DNA of 64,000 nucleotides from an uncultured Methanosarcinaceae archaeon (lineage in GTDB: Archaea; Halobacteriota; Methanosarcinia; Methanosarcinales; Methanosarcinaceae): NCBI GenBank assembly GCA_963727895.1, contig CAVSHT010000013.1, forward strand, positions 32,001-96,000, read 5' to 3'. Positions 52,581-63,496 of this stretch are shown here, piece by piece (the stretch's first letter is position 1; every line of letters starts with the position of its first letter). Below the pieces are notes generated by a model. It had not been told where the DNA came from. It made no database searches and saw only the letters and a list, made by a program, of their open reading frames with translations. The position numbers and the translations under genes were made by a program.

Positions 52581-53819
52581 ATGACTTCTAGAAACTTTCT
52601 CACAATCGATGACTTTGACACACGCGGAAAGACAATTCTTGTAAGGGTTGACCTGAATTCTCCTATGGATCCGCAAGGTAATATTCTGGATGATATGCGG
52701 ATTCGAAGCCATATTGCCACCTTGAAGGATCTTGAAGATGCAAAAGTTGTTTTGCTTGCGCACCAGAGCAGGCCCGGAAAAAAAGACTTCACCACAATGA
52801 AGCCTCATGCTCAACTGATGTCCAAATATCTGGGCAAGCAGGTTTTTTATGTGGATGATATCTTCGGAACTTATGCAAAGACCAGGATTGCTTCAATGGA
52901 AAATGGAGATGTTATCCTGCTCGAAAATGTAAGGTTCTATTCCGAAGAGAGCCTTGAAAGAACCCCTGAAGAACAGGCAAAAACCTATCCGGTTAAAAAG
53001 TTAGCACCTTTTGTGGATATATTCCTTAATGACGCTTTTGCCGTGTCTCATAGATCCCACCTTTCGGTAGTAGGATTTACTGAAGTCCTCCCAACCGGAG
53101 CCGGGAGAGTTATGGAAAAGGAGCTAATATCTCTGGACAGGGGGATCAAAGGAGGAGAAAGGCCAACAATTTTCGTGCTTGGAGGGGCAAAAGTGGACGA
53201 TTCGCTCCGTGTGGCTGAAAATGTACTTACAAACGGAGGAGCTGATAAGGTACTCCTGACAGGGGTAGTAGCAAATGTAGCGCTTGCGGCATCTGGTGTA
53301 AACATAGGGAAAGCAAATCTTGATTTCATCAAATCACAGGGATATGAAGACCAGATAGAAAAAGCAAAAGGTATTCTTGCGAAATTCAACGACAAAATCG
53401 GTCTTCCCAAGGACGTAGCTTTAAATGATAATAAGAAACGGGTTGAGTTACCTGTTTCAGAGCTGAATTTCAATTCCCTTCCTATAAATGACATTGGGCT
53501 TGAAACTATTGTAGATTTTACCGGTGAAATCGAGAACGCAAAAACAGTTGTCTTAAACGGCCCGGCAGGAGTTTCTGAAATTGAAGATTTTGCTCTTGGT
53601 ACCCATGAAATTATAAAAGCTGCTATTAAATCCGAGTTTTCAATTATTGGTGGTGGACATATCTCGGCAGAAGTTGCTCATCTCGGTCTTGAACATCGTT
53701 TTTCCCACATAAGTACAGGTGGAGGAGCATGTATTGATTACCTTGCAGGGGTAAAGCTTCCAGGTGTTGAGGCTCTGAAGACTGCAGCCAAAAGATATGA
53801 AGAAGCTAAGAAACTTTAA
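52581..53819 (+). CDS. pgk: Phosphoglycerate kinase
   Basis: RVDLNSP, HQSRPG, LLENVRF, GGAKV, GGGH and HISTGGGA. Confidence 0.97.
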   Translation: MTSRNFLTIDDFDTRGKTILVRVDLNSPMDPQGNILDDMRIRSHIATLKDLEDAKVVLLAHQSRPGKKDFTTMKPHAQLMSKYLGKQVFYVDDIFGTYAKTRIASMENGDVILLENVRFYSEESLERTPEEQAKTYPVKKLAPFVDIFLNDAFAVSHRSHLSVVGFTEVLPTGAGRVMEKELISLDRGIKGGERPTIFVLGGAKVDDSLRVAENVLTNGGADKVLLTGVVANVALAASGVNIGKANLDFIKSQGYEDQIEKAKGILAKFNDKIGLPKDVALNDNKKRVELPVSELNFNSLPINDIGLETIVDFTGEIENAKTVVLNGPAGVSEIEDFALGTHEIIKAAIKSEFSIIGGGHISAEVAHLGLEHRFSHISTGGGACIDYLAGVKLPGVEALKTAAKRYEEAKKL

Positions 53820-54138
53820 TTTATTAATATGCAGTTATTACTTTTGTAACAATCTTTTATATCTCGGAGTTTTTCTGTTAAACCACCACACTTTTTCTTT
53901 TTAAACAAGCTTTCTTATAGTTTGGCTCCTTAAAAGCGAAGCTCAAAAATTTACTTTAATCTTCCCTGATAAACATACTGATACTAGCTTCTAAATAAAA
54001 CGTGATCATAGTAACTGTAAAAATAGAAGTATAGCTGGCATTTGCAGCTAATACTGGTAACACTGAATATTTACAACTGATACTTGTTAAGAGTTGCAGG
54101 CCAGAATATTAAAACAAAATTGAGGTGTTGGTTCTAAT

Positions 54139-54747
54139 ATGCTCACATATACCGAAGGCGTGGCTGCAGTCAAACTTGCAAGGAAAACAATTGAGTTGTT
54201 TTTATCTGAAGAAAGGTTTCCGGAACCTCATGAGCTGGGTCTTGATCTTCCACCGATTTTCGGGGAAAAGAGAGGAGTTTTTGTTACTCTCACGGAAAAC
54301 GAATTACTAAGAGGATGTATAGGTCACCCGTTTCCAGATTCTACACTTGAGGATGCAATAATGGATTCCGCAATTTCTGCGGCGACTCGCGATCCTCGTT
54401 TTCTACCGGTAGGAGAAGATGAACTTGATCATCTGGTTATTGAAGTAACAATTCTTACTCTACCTGAAAAGATTAATGCTCCTGCCGAAGAACTCCCAGA
54501 GCGTATAAAAATTGGAAAACATGGCCTTATTGTAAAGCAGGGATACTGCCAGGGACTGTTGCTTCCTCAAGTTGCTCCTGAGCATGACATGGATTCGATT
54601 GAGTTTCTAAACCATACATGTTTGAAGGCAGGTCTTTCTCCTGACGCCTGGCTCAAAGGAGCTGAAGTCTCCTGTTTTGAAGGGCAGATTTTCAAGGAAA
54701 AGGAATCTAATGGCGAAATTGTTGAGGAAAATCCGTCACAAGATTGA
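54139..54747 (+). CDS. AMMECR1-domain protein (TIGR00296)
   Basis: RGVFVTL, LRGCIG, DPRF, GLLLPQV and CLKAGL. Confidence 0.93.
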   Translation: MLTYTEGVAAVKLARKTIELFLSEERFPEPHELGLDLPPIFGEKRGVFVTLTENELLRGCIGHPFPDSTLEDAIMDSAISAATRDPRFLPVGEDELDHLVIEVTILTLPEKINAPAEELPERIKIGKHGLIVKQGYCQGLLLPQVAPEHDMDSIEFLNHTCLKAGLSPDAWLKGAEVSCFEGQIFKEKESNGEIVEENPSQD

Positions 54748-55261
54748 AATTTTTGATTTTTTAAAATTTTTTGATGTTTATTTAAGTGATTACCAACACG
54801 AGTAATATGCTCAGTAATAAGAGACAATAAAAAAGTTCCTTTGTAAAAATTCAAAAAAACATGTAAATCTAGAATTAATGGATAAAGATCAAAATATTCA
54901 AAGAAAATATATCAATAGTATAAAAGTATTTAAAATAATTGGTTAATATATTTAGCTTCATAGAGGTTATCAAATTAGATCTAAAAAATCCATATCTAAT
55001 TTGACAATTGTTTTTTGTGAGGTATCTCCCATATGTATTCTTGACTCCAATCAGTTCTATGCTATTCTATCAATCAATCCAACCTAAGAAAATAGGTACG
55101 TTCGTAGATAGTGAAAAAAGAGGTAAGTTTTTAAATTAAAATTCTAATTTGATGGTCTCATTATAGTGATTATATACTCTGGAATCAATTTAAGATTTGT
55201 TCCTATTTGATAAAATAAAGCTTTTTAGAACTCTAGAGTTTTTTTCATATTATTACTATAA

Positions 55262-55702
55262 TCATCGAATAACCATAACTGGTATCTTTGAATGTCTAAC
55301 GACATTTTCAGCTACGTTGCCAATCAGAAATCTTTTGATGCCTGTCAGTCCCTGTGTACCCATTACTATAAGATCAATATTGTTTTCCTCAGTATATTCA
55401 AGGATCTTTTCGGCAGGAATGCCTTTCAAAAATACAGACTCAATTTTGACTCCAGCATCTTTTCCCATCTTTTCCACTTCTTCAATTGCCACTTTCCCTT
55501 TATTCTCGAGGTATTCTTCAACTGCTTCACTCCAACCCGTAACCGTTCGCGTAGTCACTGAATTCTGAGTAGATATCACATAAAGAGTATGCACTTCAGC
55601 ACCTGTTATCTTTGCAATGTTTATTCCATATGAAGCAGTTTTTTCTGCATTTTCCGACCCATCAGTTGCAACAAGAATTCTTTTGAAAATATTTCCACTC
55701 AT
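55262..55702 (-). CDS. Universal stress protein
   Basis: ILVATDGS, G.PAEKI, DLIVMGTQG and GNVAENVVR. Confidence 0.93.
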   Translation of the reverse strand: MSGNIFKRILVATDGSENAEKTASYGINIAKITGAEVHTLYVISTQNSVTTRTVTGWSEAVEEYLENKGKVAIEEVEKMGKDAGVKIESVFLKGIPAEKILEYTEENNIDLIVMGTQGLTGIKRFLIGNVAENVVRHSKIPVMVIR

Positions 55703-56434
55703 TCAATTACCCCCACATTACGATATGATAAAGAATATCTTTTTAAGGCATTTATTCTTTGTTTTAAAACTAGATTAAGGAAATTAACGAATAGAATTTA
55801 GTATGTAGTTATAACAGGTTTTATGTAGAAAGACAACTTAGGTCAGAAATAATTGTCAGAACCGCCAGAGCTTTTTGCTTTTTTCTCTGAAAATGGGAGC
55901 CAGGGCGATTAAAAAACAGATTTATAAGTGAAAAGTATATTTACTATTTATTCTTCCTCCACTAATTTTTAACCTTTATTTAGTCTTAAATTTCGATGCT
56001 GCCTCTACTATACTTTTATTTTAATTGTTAGTTATGATTTTATTTTTGATAAGTAAAATATTTTTTGAGATCCTGAATACATTTCTTTAAAAATATCTAT
56101 AGTTTGTATCTTTTACCTTTAAATAGGTTGAAGATAATTATGTTTTGCATTTTGAATTGTCAAACGCAATTCGATATGTGTTTGAAGAGACTCAAAGCAG
56201 AATGCTTTGCAGCGAAAAATGTTTAGGAATAAAACTGTTTATGAAATAGTAATTTGAGATAGATTCCTGTTAACATATTAAGGGGAAAATTGCTTAGCAG
56301 GGTAGGATTTGCAGTGAAATCTCTTTGACTGGAAAGTGTAGATTTATACTTAACCCGTAAAATAGAGATATTATTATAATATTATATATATTAAAGTATA
56401 TTAAATAAAATCTGTTCAAGAGAGTGTAGATAAT

Positions 56435-57046
56435 ATGGCAAAAGAATTATACAAACTACCACCTTTAAAATATGGATATGAAGATCTGGCACCTTATATT
56501 TCGGAAGAGCAGCTACGGCTACATCATGACAAACACCATCGGGCCTATGTGACTAATGCAAACGCAGCCCTCGAAATGATGGATAAAGCAAGGAAAGAAG
56601 GAACTGACTTTGATTACAAGGCAAATGCAAAAGCTCTGTCTTTTAATCTAGCCGGGCATATTCTTCACGATTATTTCTGGAAGGAAATGACACCTGCAAG
56701 TAATTCAAGCAAAGAGCCAGTCGGGGAATTATCTGAAGTAATCAAGGAAAATTTTGGAAGCTTTGATAGATTTAAAAAAGAATTTTCTCAGGTAGCTTCA
56801 AGTGTGGAAGGATCAGGGTGGGCTGCATTGACCTACTGTAAAGACACAGAAAGGCTCATGATTATGCAGATTGAAAAACATAATGTAAATCTGGTACCTG
56901 ATTTTCCAATTATCATGGATCTGGATACCTGGGAACATGCTTACTATATTGATTACCGAAATGATCGAGCAAAATTCATAGAAGCCTTCTGGAATATAGT
57001 TAACTGGGAAGAAATAGACAAATGCTTCAAGAAAATAAGAAAATAA
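56435..57046 (+). CDS. sod: Fe/Mn superoxide dismutase
   Basis: HHDKHH, GHILH, GSGWA and DTWEHAYY. Confidence 0.96.
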   Translation: MAKELYKLPPLKYGYEDLAPYISEEQLRLHHDKHHRAYVTNANAALEMMDKARKEGTDFDYKANAKALSFNLAGHILHDYFWKEMTPASNSSKEPVGELSEVIKENFGSFDRFKKEFSQVASSVEGSGWAALTYCKDTERLMIMQIEKHNVNLVPDFPIIMDLDTWEHAYYIDYRNDRAKFIEAFWNIVNWEEIDKCFKKIRK

Positions 57047-57327
57047 TTAAAAATTGTTTTTAACATATTTATCTCATTAAAATTAAATTTTTACAATTCT
57101 TTTTTGTATTAAAGTTATGAATATACGACTATGTAGAAATCCTTAATTTCGGGGTAGAAAATTTCTACAATTTATACATATGTTGTACATTATTAGTTCA
57201 ATTTTAATTACTTCGGGAGCGAAAAGTATTACAAATTCGAGAAGTGTTAAAAATTCCTTATTTCTTGGTTATAAATGAGTGTGATTTTCCACCATCTTTT
57301 TGATTTTATTCAAATTTAGCCTATAAT

Positions 57328-58323
57328 TTATGCTATCTGATTCAAGATATCTTCTATTCTAGAAACCAAAGGTTTTTCAGCCCATATATACATATAAGCG
57401 GGGAGTCTATACCTCGTAAAATTCTTGAAAAATTTCATTGTCAGACTATTAATTTTTGGAAATTCTCGAATTCTACCATTGCAAAAGACTTATTATCCTG
57501 TCAAAGCTACAAACCTGTGTAGTGAAGTCCAGATCTTCTCTTGGCTGTCTATCCGTGGAAAAAACAAGTTCAATCCAGGAACTCAATTCTTTTGTAAGAT
57601 GTCTTCGGGTTCCTCCTTCAACTACAATCTATGACTTTCCATTTTTAATATTTTCAAAATATTCTCTAAATGATTCTCCTTTTGCAAGAGTGTAGATAGC
57701 CCACATACCTCCGGTATGACTATCTGTAGTCGCAGCAAGTCCTATTCCGTATTTTCTGGCGAGTGCTGAAGTCACAAGGTTTTTTTCCATTACGTTTTGT
57801 ATGTTATATTCAACAACAGGAAACTGTTTTATAAGTTCAGGTATCGTCCACAGATTCGGACGGTCTCCGATAGCAAACCAAAAAGGATGATTATACATAT
57901 GTGGAAGGCCATGAATTCTAAGATAACGGATAAGCTTTTGAAATTATGCTCCTGATTTGCAATTAACTCAAGTTCATTGAACTCTTCTGAATCAAGTTCA
58001 AAAACGTTAACGTGTAAAGTGTGTCCTATATGATCAGCATCTTTAATTGAAATCTCAACCCCTGGAACCAATCCTTCCCTATCCCAACCAAGTAGATCGT
58101 AAGCTTTGACAGTATCATGGTCGATAAAAATCACATAATCAAGGCCTTGAGATTTTGCTTTCTCAAAAGGAACTACAGGATGCATTGTCTGAACAGGAGG
58201 GACATCGTAGGAACAGGAAGAGTGCACATGCAGATCCACTTTCTTCCATCCTTCCTGAAGAAGATTTTCTGCAACCTCAACGCTTACGTTTATTTTAGCA
58301 TCGGTTTTGGTTTTTCCTTGCAT
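57328..58323 (-). pseudogene. PHP-domain protein, degraded (two frameshifts and an in-frame TAG)
   Basis: VDLHVHS, DHD and PGVE, then a frameshift near 57933 to YNHPFW...TTDSH; TAG at 57629-57631; second shift near 57480. Confidence 0.75.
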
Positions 58324-58694
58324 AAACAAGCACAACCATTATATTCAAAAATTCTGTGCATTATAAAAGTTTATGAATTCTTAATCAGTCAAAAGAATGA
58401 ATAAAGGATATAAAGAAATTTCGCTAAAAAATATATTTTTCAAATATTATCTATAGTCCTTAAAATTAAATATATATTTAACTAAGTAACTGCTATAAGT
58501 ACCCATTCTAGTTTTACTTTTAACGTCATAATCGGCATTTTGTTGCAGGAAAATCTCATTATATACTTTGGCAAAACGTTTAAGTATCTTTATGCCAATT
58601 ATATATAGAAAGTATATATAACGTATAGGTTTCTTCACAAATATGTATATTAACGAAAAATAAAATGGACATTAACCGTGGAGCAATAACCTGG

Positions 58695-60086
58695 ATGTTA
58701 CTGACCTATAAAATAAAACATAATCGGAATTTTTCAGAGGAACTCAAAAAAGCTCGAAAGGTTGCTGGGCTCTGTATTAAACATCAGACTCAAAAACGAA
58801 ACCTCAATTTATCTCCCATAAAAAAACCTGTTTCTTCTTTTTCATTTTCCCCTTCATCCTCATTTTCTACTCTTTCTGAGTTTTCTCATGACTTTCCGAT
58901 TATTTCCTCTACCCCTTCGCCTGGCTATCTGCCTGCTTCTGATTCATATATGGCATCTGAATCTCTTTCTCCTATGGATGTTAAGCATATAGGGTTGAAG
59001 TCAACAATTTCTAGTCAAATTCTCAAAAAATATTATAGAAACCGAGAATTCAGATCCGTAAAGAATGTGAAATTGATTATTCCTTCACGGGCAGTCAGTG
59101 TCGATAGGAAGGAGCAAACTCTTACAATTCCCTGCCTTAAACTTACGTTGAAATATCGCTTTTCCAACGACTTCAAAAAAATATCCCAAATAGAAATAGA
59201 CAGCGTTTATGCTTATGTAGCAATTGTCTTCCCTGATGATTAACTCAAAAATTCAGAACGCTATATAGGAGTTGATCGCAATACTAAAGGACATATTGCA
59301 GTTGTAGCGGACCCCGAATCCGGAAAAACCTGGAAGTTAGGAAAAATGCGCTACCATACGTATAAAAAATACGATAACATAAAAAAACGGCTCTATAATG
59401 AAGGCAGAAGTAAAGAATTAAAAGCGGTAGTAATTAGGGAAAAAAATATTGTTAAGGACTTGAATCATAAAATCAGCTGAAAGATTGTGGACATCTCCCT
59501 GTATAATGGATGCGGGATCAAACTAGAAAATCTTAAAGGAATCCGAAAATTCAACAGCAAAACTGGAGATGCAGAAAAAGGCACGAAAAATAAAATTAAA
59601 AACAAAAAAAAGGAACAAAATAGCGACAAAAACAGAAATAAAGAAATCGATAACAATTTATTCAATAATAAAAGAAAATCTAAAAAGCAATTATGGTCTT
59701 ATGAATACTCCCTGAACAGCTGGTCATTTCAGCAGCTTCAGCAATTTATTGAATATAAAGCCAGGCTGCAAGGAGTAGAGGTAGTTTATATTGATCCCCA
59801 TGCAACTAGCAAAAAATGCAGCCACTGCGGACATATAGGCAACCGACACAGCAAGCAATTTGAGTGTCCACACTGCGGGCACGTTGACCATGCCGATGTC
59901 AATGCCGCCTTTAATATAGTGTTGACGCCAAAAGGCAACGGTCAATTCTCTGCAGAAAGAGATGCAGGGAAAGGGAGCACTGATACCCCTCGACGGGTCC
60001 TGGACCGTACAATCTTCAGTAAACGTACATCCAGAAAAAAAACTTTTTCACAGTTTGCGTGGGAAGTATGTCAGTTTTTAAATTAA
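58695..60086 (+). pseudogene. tnpB: TnpB (IS200/IS605, IS1341-like) RNA-guided nuclease with two in-frame stops
   Basis: One frame with TAA at 59241 and TGA at 59478; RuvC motifs YIGVDRN, IKLENL and ADVNAAFNI; zinc finger CSHC...CPHC; end motif GGGAAGTATGTCA. Confidence 0.9.
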
Positions 60087-60261
60087 GACCTATGCTGTCC
60101 TTATCTAATTTAGAGATGTATTTGGGGTATACATGGAGAACATATGGGACATATATAGAAAGATATGGGCAAAATCTATACTAGGAGGATGTATATTTAC
60201 AACTCACAAACATATCAAAAATAAGAAAAGGGAAATAATCCCTTTCAGTTAATTCCTATTT

Positions 60262-62030
60262 TCAGGCAGTTTCAGCCGCTCTTTGAATTCCATCAATTTT
60301 TGTTCCACTTATTAGTGAAAGTGCTTCAGTGGGAATATAGACCTTACCAGTTACTTGAGCGTAAACAACTATTCCTTCGAGTTCATGAGCTACGCCATTT
60401 TTAATAAGAATATTTGTGTTCACTGGCATTTTGACATCTCCAATTTCCAGTACAGGATTTGAGGAAACTGTCATATTTAGCAAATATTCATTTTTATCCA
60501 GTTTTCCATCCCCATTGTCTTTGGAGAAAACCTTACCCACTTCAATAAAGAGATTCGAGTTAGTTTTGTTAAGATCAAAGCCAAGTTCTTTAGCTATATA
60601 TTTCGCAATGTAGGTATTATCTACATGACCTGTCAGATATTCAGAACCATAAGCCCAGAGAGGGACATCGTCTCCAATGTGTCCGTGAGTAGTCCAGCCA
60701 ATGATTGTGTGATTACGGCTGATTACCTCACTTATGGCATAGTCAAGTGAGAGACCTTTTCCATTGTTGTAAAGCTTAAGAATTTCAGTTATATCTTCAT
60801 CAGTAGCATCAATTCCCCACCAGGTTTTCAGCTGTTTTTTGATGTTTGTGGATGATAGATTAGTTCCTATTTTTGTCTCAAGACCTGTAGAACTAAGTTT
60901 CATACCTTTGAGTGGCTCAATTACATCTTCTAAGGTTGTGGATGTGTAATTGGAGTCAGAGTTACTGCCAATAGTCATGCTGCCTGTATTATGGTCAGGG
61001 AAAACCAAAACTAGAGTATGCCCATCTTTTTTAGCAAAATCAACTGCAGTCTTAACAGCTTTATCAAAAGCCAGGAAATCAGTTACAGCATAGATAGGAT
61101 CATTGGCATGGTTTGCCCAATCAACCTGATTGCCTTCGACCATTAAGAAGAAACCACTCTTGTTTTGGGATAACAGTTCGATGGACTTGTTGGTCATTTC
61201 TGCAAGAGAAGGCTGTTCAGGTGCAAGTGAAGAACGATCAATATCTGACATCATGTGGCTACTGGCAAAAAGACCCCATACCTTGCCAGTAGTCAGGTTC
61301 ATCATTTTGTCTCTGCTGTCAACATACTGGTAGCCTCTTTCAATAAGTATTTTTGTCAGGTTTTCTCCGTCAGTTCTTTCTCCTCCCTCAGATACAGGTG
61401 TAAGATAACTGGAACCGCCCCCAAATACTACATCAATATTCTCATAAATCATCTGTTTCATGATTTCGGTTTCGTTATCTCTGTTATCAACGTGAGCAGC
61501 AAAAGCCGCAGGTGTGGCATGGGTAACACGAGAGGTTGCTACAAGTCCTGTAGCCTTACCTTCGAGTTTTGAACCTTCAAGTACTGTTGCAAGCGGTCTG
61601 TACTGCAATTCTTCAGGTGGAATTTCCAGTGTACTTAACAAGAACTATTGCTCGGCCCTACGCTTAAAAAACCGTTAGTAGTTTTATATCCTGAAGCAAA
61701 TGCGGTTGCAGCTGAAGAAGAATCGGTAATAACTGAATCAGTGCTATAAGTAGACACTGTTCCAGTCACTATATTGTCAAGCTTGAAAGGTTTTCCGCTA
61801 TACCAGCGAGCTAAAGTTTCAACACTTTGCGAACAACCATCAGGAATCAGGACAATTACATTTTTTATTTTAGCTTCCGACGTTAAAGAAAAGTTGCAGT
61901 TAGTGGAGTTCGTAAAATCGATGTCATTGTTCAAGTCAAATTGGACAGCTGCTGCAGAACTAACATTTCCCAGCAGCAAAAGTCCTATTATAGAAATAAT
62001 TAGTAACGTATCTTTTTCCTCAATATCCAT
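60262..62030 (-). pseudogene. Alkaline phosphatase (secreted), frameshifted near 61638
   Basis: Signal-like N-terminus, LIPDG and active-site DSSSAATA in ORF 61635-62030; THATPAAF, EGNQVDWANH, DHNTG and GHIGDDV in ORF 60262-61641. Confidence 0.88.
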
Positions 62031-62502
62031 AGAATTTCCTCAACAATAATTTTTTTTGAGTATTGATTTTAACATTTGATAAAAATACAAATTCCAATTT
62101 TAAAAAAGAAGCCATCTGTATTTGAATCTTCCTTATCTATTCTATATGCAACTTCATATTCAACATTTAAAAAAAGTAACTATGAACTCTATTTTGTAGT
62201 ACCAGCGATTTATAAAAATATTTAGAATATATAATGACTTTTGTGAATATTTTCAATTCGTTTTCAAGAACTCGGACTGGGGCCTGAATCATATATCTCC
62301 TTTAGAGTGTCCCTGCACATAAGTTGATTAAAGTATAATCATATTATGGGAAAACTAAAATATTCACATATAACAAATAACAAAGAACGAATCAAAAAAT
62401 AAATAGGATAGTACATAAATAAGAGATTAATAATAGATACTGAAAAAAAATTCATATAACTTAAAAAATATGGATATACTAGTTACAGTTAGGAGATAAA
62501 AA

Positions 62503-63003
62503 ATGGATAGTATAAAGTTGTTTAAAAAAACGACAGATATAATAAGTACAATTTTTCTTTACATGTTACTAGTTGCATTAGTTTTGGGAATGGCAAAAAC
62601 TTTAGTGGATATGCGTTTTATTTTGTTTGATTCCCTTGAAAGTGGATTCAATAGTATGGTGACAAGTATACTGACAGTTTTTGTTGTCATTGACCTTTTC
62701 AAGGCTTTTGTGGAGTATCAACAGAATGATAGGATTAAGCTTACAGATATAACAGATGCCACAATTCTAATAGTCTTGCGTGAAATTGCTGTTGGACTTT
62801 ATTCGCAAAAATTCGGATACGAATTTGTTTTAAGTTTGGCAATGCTACTGCTCGTACTGGGTATAATAAGAGTTCTAGCTATAAAATATTCTCCAGCAGA
62901 ACCAAAAGAGCATTATATCTCTGTGACGAAGGAAAACCAGCCTTCAAAAATAGGCTTTAGTGATATTTTTGATCGGTACAGTTTCATTCATAAAAACAAT
63001 TAA
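62503..63003 (+). CDS. Phosphate-starvation-inducible PsiE family membrane protein
   Basis: Four TM segments, ILTVFVVIDLF and DATILIVLREI; divergent from the alkaline phosphatase gene. Confidence 0.8.
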   Translation: MDSIKLFKKTTDIISTIFLYMLLVALVLGMAKTLVDMRFILFDSLESGFNSMVTSILTVFVVIDLFKAFVEYQQNDRIKLTDITDATILIVLREIAVGLYSQKFGYEFVLSLAMLLLVLGIIRVLAIKYSPAEPKEHYISVTKENQPSKIGFSDIFDRYSFIHKNN

Positions 63004-63336
63004 TTCCTTATGAAGGTGATTAAAATATTCTTTTTAACACTAATAACTTTAACTAATATTTTCCAACCACTTTAGAAAATTAAATTACACTAATAAAGTA
63101 TATATTCAGGTCCAAAAAATATATTTAATTGAGAATATGCCATAAAAAAGAAAAATATATATACAAAAAAGTGTATACTTCTTTTGTAGCGTGGGAACAG
63201 AACACACACTAAACCAGAGAAATATACGAACAAAACCAAAGATATGCTATCAGTCAGATTTACTTAACTATCCCATGTTACTTATTTAGATTAAGCCCGT
63301 ATCTCAAAATCTCTTCATTTTCTTTTTTGTTAGGAA

Positions 63337-63496
63337 TAACTGGTATTTAACTATAGTGATATATTATGAGCCACTATATTTCTTTATGAATTGTCCAAGA
63401 TGTAAGAGTGCCAGTCACAAAAAGAATGGTATAGTTGGTGGTCGTCAACGCTACAAATGTCATGATTGTGGCTATAACAACTATACAGTAGAGCTA
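63337..63496 (+). mobile_element. Diverged IS1 left fragment, target of a second IS1 insertion
   Basis: ATG at 63386 gives MNCPRCKSASHKKNGIVGGRQRYKCHDCGYNNYTVEL, followed abruptly by GGCATTGG; left boundary approximate. Confidence 0.8.

Noticed and set aside
55127..55139. 13-nt match GTTTTTAAATTAA to the predicted TnpB guide start
   Set aside because: Short, almost all A/T and in an AT-rich spacer, so compatible with chance
57629..57631. In-frame TAG in the PHP gene as a pyrrolysine codon
   Set aside because: The same gene has two frameshifts, so nonsense decay (probably from a Tyr codon) is the simpler explanation
59478..59480. In-frame TGA in tnpB (and the TGA at 1541) as selenocysteine
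   Set aside because: Methanosarcina is not known to use Sec, the tnpB position fits an Arg codon (ISRKIV) mutated to TGA, and tnpB also has a TAA
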